This document shows positions 37,590-46,576 of a stretch of DNA of 64,000 nt, piece by piece; the stretch's first letter is position 1; each line of letters begins with the position of its first letter. The position numbers and the translations under genes are program-made. The notes under the pieces were generated by a model that saw only the letters and a program-made list of their open reading frames with translations, had not been told where the DNA came from and did not search any database. The DNA is taken from IMG/VR virus record IMGVR_UViG_3300010430_000003, positions 62,001-126,000 of that record. One strand, 5' to 3'.

Positions 37590-38508
37590 TAAAGATAATT
37601 TTCACTTAGCTGGGATTATTCCCATTCATGGGATGGATGTATGGTTTGGTATGCCTTGGCATTTCACTCTACAACCCATAGCAGAAAACTATACAATGAT
37701 AGAAAACGCAGTCATTGAATGTGCGGCTGCTGGTTGTGAAACCATATGGATTGTTGCTTCTGAGAAGACCTCTCCCATGATTAGGAGAAGGATAGGAGAG
37801 TACATTTTAGATCCCAGTTCATATTTTAGATTTAGAACAGATCTTAACAGGCGGTATGTGACAATTCATTATGTGCCGGTGAAACCAATCGATAGAGATA
37901 GAAGAGATTGCTTACCTTGGTCTACAGTATATGGGTGTTTAGCAGCAGACAAGGTCTGTAGATTTATTTCAAAGTGGACCGCCCCAGATAGATATTATAT
38001 TAGCTACCCATGGGGAGTTAAAAACTATTTTGAGATCATTAAAGACAGAAAGAAGATTTCAAGCCCATCAGTCAGGCGCTATTATACATCTTATGATGAT
38101 AAAGATATAACAAATGGATTGCCTCATTCATTTACTCTCTCGTTAGAAGAAGCAAGAGAGTATAAAGAGAAGATAAGAAAAGAAGGAACGGGAAGGTGGG
38201 ACTGGAGTATACCAAAAGACCAATGGAAAAATAAAACATCTCCCGGCATTGCTCTTCCGAAAGAAGAAGCCTATTCTGGTAGACATTTTACATTAGCGGA
38301 TATATTTTCTAATCTTGAAATTTCGGATGAAAAAGATTATAATAGAGAATTAGAGTGGTTCGAGGATATCGGTACTTGGGAAGGTTATTGTGCTTTCCTT
38401 GGAGATACCACAAAAGAAGTAGTGAAGCCTCACTATGCCCTAGCTCATTATAGAGAATGGAATTACTCCTCATTAAGAATTCAGGATTTCAATAAAGATG
38501 AGTCTTAA
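37561..38508 (+). CDS. GT-A/sugar-phosphate nucleotidyltransferase-like protein
   Basis: LAGIIP...LQPI...MIENAV.E...AGCETIWIV; C-terminal WFEDIGTWEGY. Confidence 0.65.
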   Translation: MANSDKTYSDKDNFHLAGIIPIHGMDVWFGMPWHFTLQPIAENYTMIENAVIECAAAGCETIWIVASEKTSPMIRRRIGEYILDPSSYFRFRTDLNRRYVTIHYVPVKPIDRDRRDCLPWSTVYGCLAADKVCRFISKWTAPDRYYISYPWGVKNYFEIIKDRKKISSPSVRRYYTSYDDKDITNGLPHSFTLSLEEAREYKEKIRKEGTGRWDWSIPKDQWKNKTSPGIALPKEEAYSGRHFTLADIFSNLEISDEKDYNRELEWFEDIGTWEGYCAFLGDTTKEVVKPHYALAHYREWNYSSLRIQDFNKDES

Positions 38509-38767
38509 AGAAGCTTTAAAAAAATATGATTGGATGGTTTCTCGTGAAATAAAAGAACCAAACTTAACGATAAGACAGCATTTTATTGATTCTGTTATCC
38601 CGCCACACGCATGGTTTCTTGGAAAGGGTTATAAGCTTCATGCTCGTCACTGCTACTTGTTCAAGTCTAAATTAAAAAAGCGACAATCTCTTAGTAACAC
38701 CACATCAGTATTAATGGTATGTAACCTTTATTCTTTTCGAACCTTGGTTGAAGAGATAAGAAAATGA
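38498..38767 (+). CDS. hNxxh family, tandem array member 1
   Basis: PNLTIRQHFIDSVIPPHAW. Confidence 0.65.
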   Translation: MSLKEALKKYDWMVSREIKEPNLTIRQHFIDSVIPPHAWFLGKGYKLHARHCYLFKSKLKKRQSLSNTTSVLMVCNLYSFRTLVEEIRK

Positions 38768-39024
38768 CGGAAATCAACCTTCTTATTAATAGACTTTATC
38801 TCGCATCAATTAAGGATATCTATAAATGGGTTTCTCCTGATGGAGCGTTTATTCTTGTTTTTTATGGTCATCTTAATCATAATATGAAAAACATTACAAT
38901 ATCCCAAGAATTATTTGCTGATAGGTTTCCTACTCACTTATTGAAATATATGCTTGAGACTGATCTTAAGCACAGCTTTCATATGCTAACCAACTCTTTA
39001 TTGGATGTAAATGAACACAATTAG
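38764..39024 (+). CDS. hNxxh family, tandem array member 2
   Basis: INLLINRLYLASIKDIYKW. Confidence 0.65.
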   Translation: MTEINLLINRLYLASIKDIYKWVSPDGAFILVFYGHLNHNMKNITISQELFADRFPTHLLKYMLETDLKHSFHMLTNSLLDVNEHN

Positions 39025-39190
39025 TTTAAATTGGTTTATTAGGAAATATTTTGTTGATTCTGTTGCTCCACCTCCTACGTGGGTAACTAACTGTCCTTTT
39101 AGACATAGAGTCTCCGCTTCAAGTCATAGAAGTGTAAGGGTTTATAAACCCCGTGTATTCAGGAGATTTATTCCATATGTTGACTTCTAA
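39011..39190 (+). CDS. hNxxh family, tandem array member 3 (59 aa, absent from the ORF track)
   Basis: Translated by hand: MNTISLNWFIRKYFVDSVAPPPTWVTNCPF...PYVDF*. Confidence 0.65.
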   Translation: MNTISLNWFIRKYFVDSVAPPPTWVTNCPFRHRVSASSHRSVRVYKPRVFRRFIPYVDF

Positions 39191-39446
39191 TATTAATAGA
39201 GAAGTTAAATTATACTTTTTAAGTAGTGTACAGCGTTCTACCACATGGATTAATGGATATAATAAATATTGGGGTTTAGATCATCCTAAAATTTATTATG
39301 TGAGTTATAAATTCTATAGAAGGAAAAGCTGGACGACTGATGAAATTAAAACATTCGACACAGTTAAATCTTTTAACTACACGATTAAAATGCTTGAGAG
39401 AGACAATGGTTCCCGAGATTACTGCAGAGAGACATACATATATTAA
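39177..39446 (+). CDS. hNxxh family, tandem array member 4
   Basis: INREVKLYFLSSVQRSTTW; AGGAG upstream. Confidence 0.65.
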   Translation: MLTSNINREVKLYFLSSVQRSTTWINGYNKYWGLDHPKIYYVSYKFYRRKSWTTDEIKTFDTVKSFNYTIKMLERDNGSRDYCRETYIY

Positions 39447-39660
39447 TTCCGTGGTTAAGACGCATTTTCTAGATTCAATAGAAAATCCATTCAGTTGGTT
39501 TGTGATAAAACCCCCCGGATTTAAGCGAAGATATAAATCCCTAGGGATTTTTCGTACAAGGAATAGCTTTATCATCAGAAAGGCAAGATATTTATTTAGA
39601 ACCTTTAAACCCTATGTTATTGATTCCTTGATTAAACATAAAAACATGGTAGTTCATTGA
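39406..39660 (+). CDS. hNxxh family, tandem array member 5
   Basis: INSVVKTHFLDSIENPFSW; stop overlaps the dnaE start. Confidence 0.6.
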   Translation: MVPEITAERHTYINSVVKTHFLDSIENPFSWFVIKPPGFKRRYKSLGIFRTRNSFIIRKARYLFRTFKPYVIDSLIKHKNMVVH

Positions 39661-42600
39661 AAGAAAAAGATATTAAATTTGTTGGATTGCACCAACATAG
39701 TCACTATAGTGTCTTTGATGGGTTTGGTGCTCCCAACGAAGCAATTGATTTTGCAATTAAAAACGGTTCGAGAGCGCTAGCCCTAACTGATCATGGAACA
39801 ATGGCAGGCTTGGCAGAACAAGTTCTTCATTCTAAAAAATTAGAACGGGAAGGGGTTGATTTTAAACCAATCTATGGCATTGAAGCTTACTATCACCCAT
39901 CCATTAATGATTGGCAAAACCAATACGAAGAGCATAATAGTAAAAGTGGTAAGAAGTCTAAAAAAGATAGAGATGCAGAACAAGGTTCTGTTGTTGTTGA
40001 AGACGAAGACTATGGAGAGGCTCCCGCAGAGGGTCTTAATTTAAATCATCGACGTCACATGGTTCTTTTAGCCAAGAATCAAACAGGATTGAATAATCTG
40101 TTTTCTATGATCTCAAAATCATATACTAGGCCCTATTATTATAGATACCCAAGAATTGATCTGGAACTCCTTAAACAACATCGTGAAGGCATTGTAGCAA
40201 CTTCTGCGTGCATTGGCGGGTTACTAGGGTTAGATTACTTCCTTAATAAAGAAGAAGGTGAGGAGGCTGTTAAGAAAGCCATGAGAGGCACTGTAGAATC
40301 CATGATGGATATTTATGGAAGTGACTTTTATGGTGAACTGCAATGGAATGCTCTTGATGCTCAACATGAGATTAACAAGCATATTATTGATCTACATCAT
40401 GAATATGGATTTGAACTAATATCAACAGCCGACGCACACTTTCCATCACCAGAGCATTGGCGAAACAGAGAGCTTTATAAAAGACTTGGTTGGATTGGTA
40501 AAAAGGATAAAGTATCTGACATTCCTGATTCTATAGAAGATATGGAATATCAATTGTATCCCAAAAACGGGAATCAAATGTGGGAATCATATAAGAAGTA
40601 TTCCGAAAAGTTTGGTCACTCTTATGATGATAAACTTATTCTTGACTCTATTGAGAGAACACACGATATCTCCTTTAACAAGGTCGAAAAGTTCTATCCA
40701 GATAATTCAATCAAGCTTCCCTCATTCATTTCGGATGTTGATGATTATGATGCAGAATTAAGAAAGATTGCCACTCAAGAATTAGTTAAGAGAGGATTAA
40801 GCAACAATAAAGAATATGTTGAACGAGTAGAAAAAGAGTTGGCTGTTATTATCAAGAAAGGATTCTCTAGATATTTCATTACCACAGAAACAATGGTGAA
40901 TATTGCAAGAGAGCTAATGCTTATTGGTGGTGGTCGAGGTTCTGGTGGTGGAAGTCTTGTAGCATATTTATTGGGAATCACAGAAATAGATCCGCTGAGA
41001 TGGAATCTCCAGTTTGAGAGGTTCTTAAGGGAAGATGATGATGCATACCCTGATATCGATGTAGATATTGAAGACCCTATGATTCTAAAAGAGCATCTTG
41101 CTGAATTGTGGGGAGAAGATTCAGTGGCCCCTGTATCAAATTGGGTTACAATGAAATTTAAGTCTGCCATTAAGGATGTTGCGAAGTTGTATGAAGTTCC
41201 TTATGGAGAAGTTAATGATGTCACAACCAAGATGATGGACGAAGCTATACCTAGAGCTAAGGCAGCAGCAGGTCAATCTTCTGGTGTTTATGATCCATCA
41301 TTTGATGAGTGCAAACAATATAGTCCTACATTTGCTGAATTCCTAGAAAAGTATCCAGATCTAGAGCATCCAATTAGATCTATGCAGGGAACAATTAAAT
41401 CCCTCTCTAGACATGCAGGGGGATTGATTGTTGCAGATAATCTAAGCTCTCAAATTCCACTGATAAGATCATCTGATATTATGCAAACCCCTTGGAAGAA
41501 AGATCTATTGGAACCAATGGGTTTTATCAAATTTGATTTGCTTGGCCTTGATACACTCAAAATGTTTCATGAGTGTATAGAAAGAATTTTGCGATTAGAG
41601 AAAGGTATTAAGAAGCCCACTTTCGAACAAATTAGAGGTTGGTATGAAGAAAATCTCTCCCCTGACAATATTAATCTACAGGACTCTAAGGTTTGGGAGG
41701 TCTTCAAAAAAGGTAATTGGCTAGGCACATTTCAATTTACTGGTAATGGTGCACAAAGATTCTGTAAGTCAATCGAGCCAGATGATTTGATTACACTAGC
41801 GATCATTACATCTATCTTTAGACCGGGTCCATTAGAAGCAGGTGTTCATAAAGATTACGTTGAAGCACTCAACAATCCCAACAGCATTCACTACTTGAAT
41901 GATATACATAGAGAGGTTGCTGGTTCAACGCTAGGCTTTCTCGTGTTTCAAGAGCAGATTGCAGAGCTTGCTCACAAGTTGGGGAAAAACATTTCCCTCG
42001 ATGAAGGAAACTATCTCCGAAAACTGCTAACAAAAAGAAACTCAAATAAAGAGAAAGTGGAAGTCTTTAGAGAAAAGTTTGTTGAGGGTTGTCTTGAGAA
42101 AGATATTTCGCAAGATGATGCTGAAGAACTCTTCCGCAAGTTTGAATACTTTTCAGGATATGGTTTTAACAAAAGCCATGCAGTGGCATATGGGATTATT
42201 TCATATCAATGCGCTTATTTGTGGACTTATTATCCTATTTATTGGGCCACGGCATTCTTGGAAACAACAGATAAGAAGAAGTTAGACGGGGCTATTGCAG
42301 AAGTGCGGTCATACGGCATTGAAATTGAAACCCCTAATATCAACAAGTCCTCGAAGAGATGGGAAGTGGGAGAAGATAAAAGATTATACCAACCACTAAC
42401 ATCAATTAATGGAATTGCCGATGCCTTTTATGCACAGGTTGAACCTCACAGGCCATTCTATTCAATCGAAGAAATGCTCTTTCACGAAGAAATGAAGACT
42501 CCTAATAAAAGTGCATTGTCTGCTCTTATTAGAGCACAGGCACTAAATGATTTAATGGATGAAAGGTTTACAGGTCTCAAGCACTTCTGGTCTGCAGTTG

Positions 42601-43064
42601 CGGTAGATAAGCCAAAAACAGAAGAGAAATTACTTGAAAATATTGAGAACCCTGTTTATAGAGAAGAAGGAGACTTCACAAGAGAGGAAAAGATAATACT
42701 TAAGGCAGATCTAACCAAAATGTTTCCACTCAGAGATATTGTCAGCCAGAAGGCAGAGAACATCATGAGGAAATATGATACATACCCAGTATCTGAATGG
42801 CAGGGCATGCAATACAAATATTGGTTCGTGGTTAGAAATTGTATTGAGAAAAAGGACAGACGAAAACGACCCTATTGGATTTTAGAAGTAATGGATTCAT
42901 CATTCAAGATGCAAAAAATTAAGTGTTGGGGTATAAAAGCACAAGAGGATATGATTATGAAAAATCGTCTATATGTAGCTGATCACATTGAATATGATGA
43001 GAAGTGGGGTTATTCGACAGGATGGAAGAATCCACCAAGGAAAAATTTCAAGTTGGTATCATGA
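39657..43064 (+). CDS. dnaE: DNA polymerase III alpha subunit
   Basis: PHP domain (LHQHSHYS..DG, LTDHG), GRGSGGGSL, PDIDVD, RHAGG, KFDLLGL, GFNKSHAVAY. Confidence 0.97.
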   Translation: MKEKDIKFVGLHQHSHYSVFDGFGAPNEAIDFAIKNGSRALALTDHGTMAGLAEQVLHSKKLEREGVDFKPIYGIEAYYHPSINDWQNQYEEHNSKSGKKSKKDRDAEQGSVVVEDEDYGEAPAEGLNLNHRRHMVLLAKNQTGLNNLFSMISKSYTRPYYYRYPRIDLELLKQHREGIVATSACIGGLLGLDYFLNKEEGEEAVKKAMRGTVESMMDIYGSDFYGELQWNALDAQHEINKHIIDLHHEYGFELISTADAHFPSPEHWRNRELYKRLGWIGKKDKVSDIPDSIEDMEYQLYPKNGNQMWESYKKYSEKFGHSYDDKLILDSIERTHDISFNKVEKFYPDNSIKLPSFISDVDDYDAELRKIATQELVKRGLSNNKEYVERVEKELAVIIKKGFSRYFITTETMVNIARELMLIGGGRGSGGGSLVAYLLGITEIDPLRWNLQFERFLREDDDAYPDIDVDIEDPMILKEHLAELWGEDSVAPVSNWVTMKFKSAIKDVAKLYEVPYGEVNDVTTKMMDEAIPRAKAAAGQSSGVYDPSFDECKQYSPTFAEFLEKYPDLEHPIRSMQGTIKSLSRHAGGLIVADNLSSQIPLIRSSDIMQTPWKKDLLEPMGFIKFDLLGLDTLKMFHECIERILRLEKGIKKPTFEQIRGWYEENLSPDNINLQDSKVWEVFKKGNWLGTFQFTGNGAQRFCKSIEPDDLITLAIITSIFRPGPLEAGVHKDYVEALNNPNSIHYLNDIHREVAGSTLGFLVFQEQIAELAHKLGKNISLDEGNYLRKLLTKRNSNKEKVEVFREKFVEGCLEKDISQDDAEELFRKFEYFSGYGFNKSHAVAYGIISYQCAYLWTYYPIYWATAFLETTDKKKLDGAIAEVRSYGIEIETPNINKSSKRWEVGEDKRLYQPLTSINGIADAFYAQVEPHRPFYSIEEMLFHEEMKTPNKSALSALIRAQALNDLMDERFTGLKHFWSAVAVDKPKTEEKLLENIENPVYREEGDFTREEKIILKADLTKMFPLRDIVSQKAENIMRKYDTYPVSEWQGMQYKYWFVVRNCIEKKDRRKRPYWILEVMDSSFKMQKIKCWGIKAQEDMIMKNRLYVADHIEYDEKWGYSTGWKNPPRKNFKLVS

Positions 43065-43261
43065 ATATAAATATAATTATAAGTAAAATGTATGTCTGTT
43101 GTTATGACAGCGGCGATGTCTTGACAATATCAAGAAATGGAATTGGGTACCGAGCATCTAATTATGGCTCTTGGTTTTCTGAAATTTTGAAAGACAACTA
43201 TATTGCTGTAATAGGGATGAGGAAAAAAGATTTTGAAATCAAAACAAAGTTTGAACTATAA
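43061..43261 (+). CDS. small ORF of the hNxxh family
   Basis: MNINIIISKMYV; ATGA overlap with dnaE. Confidence 0.6.
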   Translation: MNINIIISKMYVCCYDSGDVLTISRNGIGYRASNYGSWFSEILKDNYIAVIGMRKKDFEIKTKFEL

Positions 43262-43433
43262 AATAGCTTATACAGTATTAAACAGTATAACTTATCTCTG
43301 GTATGCTATCGATAATGATGACGATTTTACGAGGCGAACTTATTTGCTACATATCAGTACTAGCAACACAATTGTTCCCACGAGGATTTTTAATCAAGAA
43401 GAATTAGAAGTGTTATATTTTAAGGAGAATTAA
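43233..43433 (+). CDS. small ORF of the hNxxh family
   Basis: SLNYKIAYTVLNSI. Confidence 0.55.
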   Translation: MKSKQSLNYKIAYTVLNSITYLWYAIDNDDDFTRRTYLLHISTSNTIVPTRIFNQEELEVLYFKEN

Positions 43434-43888
43434 TGCATATTAAGTTTGCAAGAGTTTCAGAAAAAGCAAAATTACCAGATAGGGCACACCCAACGGATGC
43501 CGGCGCTGATGTCTTTGCCTGTATTGATAAAGAGAGGCAGATCTTTCCTTCTGAATCTGCTGTTATTCCAACGGGCTTAAAAGCAGAAGTGCCACCGGGG
43601 TACATGCTTGAGATTAAAAACAGGTCGTCAGTGGCAGTTAAGAAGGGTTTGATTGTTGGGGCTTGTGTTGTTGACAGTGGATATTCAGGGGAGATCTTTG
43701 TTAATCTTCACAATATTGGCGGTGTTCCGCAAACAATCAAGAACCTTGATAAAATTGCGCAGGCAGTGTTAATCCCCGTTGTTCACTTCCACCCTTTAGA
43801 ATGTGAAGAAGAAGAACTTTATGAGAACTTAATAGCTTCTTCTCGTGGAAGTGGTGCTTTGGGCTCAACAGACAAGGAAAAGAATTGA
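43433..43888 (+). CDS. dut: trimeric dUTPase
   Basis: DAGAD, RSS, VDSGYSGE, IAQ, RGSGALGST. Confidence 0.95.
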   Translation: MHIKFARVSEKAKLPDRAHPTDAGADVFACIDKERQIFPSESAVIPTGLKAEVPPGYMLEIKNRSSVAVKKGLIVGACVVDSGYSGEIFVNLHNIGGVPQTIKNLDKIAQAVLIPVVHFHPLECEEEELYENLIASSRGSGALGSTDKEKN

Positions 43889-44934
43889 AAAACAAGCTAT
43901 TTGATGAAAACTGTTCATTTTCATATGATGATTTGCTTTTAAAGCCTCAATTGTCTGATATTAAGTCAAGAAGTGAGATTGATATCAGCACACATCTTGG
44001 TTCTTTCAAAAAGAACATTGCTATGGGCATTCCTATTATTGCTTCTCCAATGCAAACAATTTGTGAAGAGGACATGCAAAATGCATTTGCAGAATTTAAT
44101 AGCTTTGGAATCATTCACAGATATTGCTCAATTCCTGAACAAGCGGCTACAATCAAAAAATGCGGCGGTGATAAAATTGCATTTGCAACAGGGGCTACTG
44201 GTGATTATATGGAAAGAGCGATTGAAGGAGTAAAAGCAGGGGCAAACATCATTTGTGTAGATGTTGCCAATGGTTATAATACAATGATCAAAGAAGCAAT
44301 CAGAAATATTAAGATTGAATTTGGAGATGATGTTTTTATAATTGGTGGCAATGTTGCTTGTTCTGATGGATTCAATTTCTTAGCAGATCTTGGATTATCA
44401 GGAATTAGAGTTGGTGTTGGCGGTGGAAGCATTTGTGCCACTCGCATCCAAACAGGTCATGGCATGGGGACAGCAGCATCTTTATATGATATTGCAAACA
44501 ACAAAAAAGGACATAGTTGTACTGTCATTGCTGATGGTGGAATTCGTTATTCCGGAGATATTGTGAAAGCGTTAGCTCTTGGGGCTGACTCTGTTATAGT
44601 TGGTTCTTTTATAGCAGGTACCATTGAAACTCCGGGTAGTATATTTGAGCATGAAGGAAGGAAGGTTAAAAAGTATGAGGGGATGGCTTCTAAGGCTGCC
44701 CAAGAGGGCTTTTTAGGATATTCTAAGTCAGTTGAGGGTGTCTCTACAGTGGTGGGCAGCAGAGGTAGCGTGATTGATACGTTAAACTTCACATCGATGG
44801 AGATTAAGTCAGGACTATCTTATACAGGAGCCAAGACGCTCTCCCAGTTGAGGTATAAAGCTAAATTTATGGTTCAAACAGAGGTATCGAGAGTTGAAAG
44901 TAGCCCTCACATTTATATGCAAGATAAACTATGA
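43885..44934 (+). CDS. guaB: IMP dehydrogenase/GMP reductase (no CBS domain)
   Basis: GVGGGSICATR, IADGGIRYSGDIVKAL, YEGMAS, SYTGA. Confidence 0.85.
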   Translation: MKNKLFDENCSFSYDDLLLKPQLSDIKSRSEIDISTHLGSFKKNIAMGIPIIASPMQTICEEDMQNAFAEFNSFGIIHRYCSIPEQAATIKKCGGDKIAFATGATGDYMERAIEGVKAGANIICVDVANGYNTMIKEAIRNIKIEFGDDVFIIGGNVACSDGFNFLADLGLSGIRVGVGGGSICATRIQTGHGMGTAASLYDIANNKKGHSCTVIADGGIRYSGDIVKALALGADSVIVGSFIAGTIETPGSIFEHEGRKVKKYEGMASKAAQEGFLGYSKSVEGVSTVVGSRGSVIDTLNFTSMEIKSGLSYTGAKTLSQLRYKAKFMVQTEVSRVESSPHIYMQDKL

Positions 44935-45119
44935 GCAGCAAATACATTAACTTTGTGTTAAGCAGGAATTATTGGTTAGGAACACCGTTTGCAGAACATC
45001 TTTGTACAGGGTGTAGGGTCATCGTAGTTAAAACTAGCATGAGTTCAGTGAGAGGTAATGTCTTTAAGATTAAATGGATTAAGGAAGACTTAAGTAGCAT
45101 GAGAAGACACAATGGATGA
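44931..45119 (+). CDS. small ORF of the hNxxh family
   Basis: YINFVLSRNYWL; ATGA overlap. Confidence 0.55.
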   Translation: MSSKYINFVLSRNYWLGTPFAEHLCTGCRVIVVKTSMSSVRGNVFKIKWIKEDLSSMRRHNG

Positions 45120-45462
45120 TGAATTTAATTTAGAAAAGCTTGAAAAAGAACTGGGTCCGATGAAGCATGTTATCTTTCGGGAAACTGATAAAAGACATGC
45201 AGACCTTAAGATTAAATTGGATTATGAAAAGTTAACACAATCTGATTTTTTTCGAATGATGGTTACTGGTTACCTTAATAACGATCCAAGAATTACAGAT
45301 TTCATTAAGGAGTGGAAGTTGAGCAACAAATCAGACTCACAGCGTTCTATTAAGATTATTGATGATGATAGGAAGAAGGCGCAGGATATCAATAAGTTGT
45401 TGGGTGTATCTGAAGATAGTGATACTTTGTTTGATATTATTGAAGATGATTTTGATATATGA
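45112..45462 (+). CDS. hypothetical protein (possible ribbon-helix-helix-like)
   Basis: HVIFRETDKRHADLKIKL....LTQSDFFR. Confidence 0.65.
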   Translation: MDDEFNLEKLEKELGPMKHVIFRETDKRHADLKIKLDYEKLTQSDFFRMMVTGYLNNDPRITDFIKEWKLSNKSDSQRSIKIIDDDRKKAQDINKLLGVSEDSDTLFDIIEDDFDI

Positions 45463-45623
45463 ATGTAAATTTACTAGTTCTTAATTCTGTGTTTGATTCA
45501 TCAACAAGTATGATTAATAAGACTTCGTTGCTAATAGATCTTAGAGGTTCATATTTTGGGAGAGACAAAGAGTATAATGTTGACATCAAGTTTTATTTGA
45601 GAATGTTGAAAGGTCTTAAATAA
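45459..45623 (+). CDS. small ORF of the hNxxh family (54 aa, absent from the ORF track)
   Basis: Translated by hand: MNVNLLVLNSVFDSS...YLRMLKGLK*; ATGA overlap. Confidence 0.55.
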   Translation: MNVNLLVLNSVFDSSTSMINKTSLLIDLRGSYFGRDKEYNVDIKFYLRMLKGLK

Positions 45624-45693
45624 AAGTTACTTTTGCACAGTGTTTTCCTAATTACTATGTAATCTTTGACTTTTATAAGTGGAGAAATATTTT

Positions 45694-46389
45694 ATGAAGA
45701 AGAAGCCTATTTTAGAAGAGTCCGTAACTCGGCGCATGATGAAGATGGCAGGGATCAGTAAACTTTCTGATAACTTCTTGACCGAATCAGAAGACCTTGA
45801 AGAGACTGAAGAGTTGGAAGAGACTGATGACCTTGAAGAGTCTGATTCCTTAGAAGAGGAAGAGGAGTCTCTTGAAGAGATGGAGAAAGTCGATCATTCT
45901 CACCCCGACCACAAAATGTCAAATAGTGTTGGTAAAGGTCCCGGCCCCGGTGGTCACACCCTTAAGAATGCTCCTGCCTCAAAACGCAATCATCTTGAGG
46001 AAGGTATGCCGCCTATGGAAGAGCCTACCGATGACCTCGGTATGGAAGATCCTGCAGCGGGTATGGATATGGCACCCGAAGAGCCTATGCTTGATGATGA
46101 GCCTGCCACTGTCGAGGGTTTAATTGACGCGATTGTTTCTGCAATCGAAGTAGAAGCCCCCGGATATCTTGAAGTAGCCTCGGAAGAGCCTATGGATATG
46201 GAAGCTCCCATGGATGCTCCTGATGATATGCCAATGGATGACGAAATTCCTGATGATATGGCAGAGGCTGGTCCTCGCCTTAAGGGAGCAACGCGAGAAG
46301 TTCCAATGGAAGAGTCTTACGACGAGAAAATTAACGAGATGGCAGCCTATATTGCCAGAAGCGTTACAGAGCGACTCAAGTCTAAATAA
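45694..46389 (+). CDS. acidic low-complexity protein, probably prohead core/internal protein
   Basis: RRMMKMAGI, repeated LEE motifs, CTAATTA late motif and GGAG upstream, terminator-like hairpin downstream. Confidence 0.6.
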   Translation: MKKKPILEESVTRRMMKMAGISKLSDNFLTESEDLEETEELEETDDLEESDSLEEEEESLEEMEKVDHSHPDHKMSNSVGKGPGPGGHTLKNAPASKRNHLEEGMPPMEEPTDDLGMEDPAAGMDMAPEEPMLDDEPATVEGLIDAIVSAIEVEAPGYLEVASEEPMDMEAPMDAPDDMPMDDEIPDDMAEAGPRLKGATREVPMEESYDEKINEMAAYIARSVTERLKSK

Positions 46390-46428
46390 TTAAACAGTCC
46401 TCTTTATAAACAAAGATTACCTAAGCAA

Positions 46429-46475
46429 ACCCACCCCGCCTCTCATATTGACGCGTTCTCAGGGTGGGTGTTTTT
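46429..46475 (+). terminator. possible terminator
   Basis: ACCCACCC...GGGTGGGT followed by GTTTTT; unusually long loop. Confidence 0.5.
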
Positions 46476-46517
46476 GTTTCAAAAATCTGTACTAAAAATC
46501 AAAAAATATTTAACAGC

Positions 46518-46545
46518 TTGAAAGTCTCTCACTTTTAGCAATAAT
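46518..46545 (+). promoter_or_regulatory. sigma70-like early promoter
   Basis: A-tract + TTGAAA-N16-AATAAT. Confidence 0.55.
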
Positions 46546-46576
46546 ATCGCTCGGCAAAAATCTAATAAGGAGCGAC

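Noticed and set aside
32221-43064. Inteins or introns in dnaB, nrdJ or dnaE
   Set aside because: Lengths are normal, motifs are contiguous, and no splice or homing-endonuclease signatures were seen.
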